A stretch of 64,000 nt of DNA, from assembly GCA_963740315.1 (NCBI GenBank), contig CAVUDP010000003.1, positions 192,001-256,000 of the forward strand, written 5' to 3'. Shown here in pieces: positions 62,708 through 64,000 of this stretch; within the stretch, counting starts at the first letter, position 1, and each line of letters begins with the position of its first letter. The notes beneath the pieces were generated by a model. That model saw only the letters and a list, made by a program, of their open reading frames with translations, ran no database searches and had not been told where the DNA came from. Source of the DNA: an uncultured cyanobacterium. GTDB taxonomy: Bacteria > Cyanobacteriota > Cyanobacteriia > Cyanobacteriales > Nostocaceae. The translations under genes were made by a program, and so were the position numbers.

Positions 62708-64000
62708 CTATTTTCGTTTCCATACTTTTACTTTAATGCCATTTTTCGGACGCAATGTAAAAGTTGGGTCGATTTCTATGTTTTGATTTGGCAATAATTC
62801 TAATTTGAATCGTTGACCAATCAAAGCAATAATAATTGTCGCTTCCATCAACGCAAAGTTTTGACCGATACAAATTCTTTTTCCTCCACCAAAGGGGAAA
62901 TAAGCAAATTTTGGTCTTTGATTTACTTTCTCTGGTAAAAAGTTATCTGGATTAAATGTATCGGGATTTTCCCAAAATTCGGGATGACGATGAATCATAA
63001 ATGCTCCTACAGTAACAATGGAATCTTTAGGAATGAGATAGCCATTTATTTCGTCATCTTCTTTCGGATATCTTGGCATTCCCCAAGCAGGAGGATATAA
63101 ACGCAAAGTTTCATCAAATACTCTCCTTGTATATTTAAGTTGAGGTAACTTCTCAAAGCTGGGATTACTACCGTTCAAAACTTCTCTTAATTCCGATCGT
63201 AGTTTGTCTGCAATATCTGGATGTTCAGCTAATAAATACCAAGTCCAAGCTAAACCAGATGCAACAGTTTCGTGCCCTGCAACTAATAAAGTGATTGCTT
63301 CATTTTGAAGTTGCTTGTCGCTCATACCTTCCCCTGTTTCCTCATCCCGTGCTGACATTAACATCGAGAGTAAATCATTTCTTTCTGTAGGATTTTGACG
63401 ACGAGAATTGATAATATCTAATACTAAATTATCCAGAGTTTGTTTCGCTTTACGAAAATGCCGATTTCTAAGTGTTGGTATCCATAATGGTTCCGTCCAT
63501 AGATTATTTATTTTGTAATTAACAAACTCATATCCAGTGCGAAAAGCTTGACCTAAAACGCTATCTTCATCGCTAATATCTTTACTAAATAAAGTTTGTC
63601 CGGCAATTTTCAACGTTAATCGTAACGTTTCTTCCGCAATATCAATTACTTCACCATCCGGTTTATTTTCCCATTCCTGTAAAAAAGATTCCGTACAGCT
63701 AACCATCACATCAGCTAAATTCGCTAACTGCTTCATGTGAAAAGCTGGTTGCATTAACCGACGATTTTTCAGCCAAGAATCCCCTTCGCTGGTGAGAATA
63801 CTTTCACCCATCATTAGGTTTAAGGGCTTATTTACAACATCGGGTTTTGAATAAAGCTCTTGATGGCTAGATAAAACGTGTTCCGCATAACTTGGATGAG
63901 CAAACAGATAAGCCGAGTAATTGGGCATTATCGGCAAACGCACTAAATCCCCGTACTGCTTCCACATCAGGTTGTAGAAATTAAGAACGTTTTCTTGGAT
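62708..64000 (-). CDS. Cytochrome P450 (5' end outside the window)
   Basis: AGHET, ETLR, PEK, FGGGKRICIG heme-Cys motif. Confidence 0.96.
   Translation of the reverse strand: MQENVLNFYNLMWKQYGDLVRLPIMPNYSAYLFAHPSYAEHVLSSHQELYSKPDVVNKPLNLMMGESILTSEGDSWLKNRRLMQPAFHMKQLANLADVMVSCTESFLQEWENKPDGEVIDIAEETLRLTLKIAGQTLFSKDISDEDSVLGQAFRTGYEFVNYKINNLWTEPLWIPTLRNRHFRKAKQTLDNLVLDIINSRRQNPTERNDLLSMLMSARDEETGEGMSDKQLQNEAITLLVAGHETVASGLAWTWYLLAEHPDIADKLRSELREVLNGSNPSFEKLPQLKYTRRVFDETLRLYPPAWGMPRYPKEDDEINGYLIPKDSIVTVGAFMIHRHPEFWENPDTFNPDNFLPEKVNQRPKFAYFPFGGGKRICIGQNFALMEATIIIALIGQRFKLELLPNQNIEIDPTFTLRPKNGIKVKVWKRK

Overview
Chromosomal segment of a heterocyst-forming filamentous cyanobacterium (Nostocales). 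This is supported by frequent HIP1 GCGATCGC, STRR repeats, hetP-like, hrmK, psaX and ndhB; a Rivularia/Calothrix-like placement is an unverified impression from the 16S. Core content: topA, aroQ, ndhB, lipA, larE, glyQ, comEC, eda, rpsP-khpA-phoH, tRNA-Ser(CGA) and a complete 16S-tRNA(Ile)-tRNA(Ala)-23S-5S operon. No CRISPR array, integrase, prophage, reverse transcriptase or intact transposase was seen. I found no unambiguous new system. The best candidates are a DUF11 plus very large outer-membrane protein surface-assembly locus at the left edge and a three-gene vWA array whose middle copy is a recombinant hybrid. Features missed by the ORF track: psaX, a 46-aa ORF overlapping aroQ, and a HetR-type inverted repeat upstream of the hetP-like gene. 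Also missed: two structured-RNA candidates (psaX-hrmK spacer and rpsP leader), three gene relics (back-to-back Rieske/TetR tails, CDGSH, duplicated tetR start), and several MITE/REP-like families, one with covarying stems and one with an internal inversion. A nuclease-less Rpn C-terminus is also present. All product calls come from motif recognition, not database searches.
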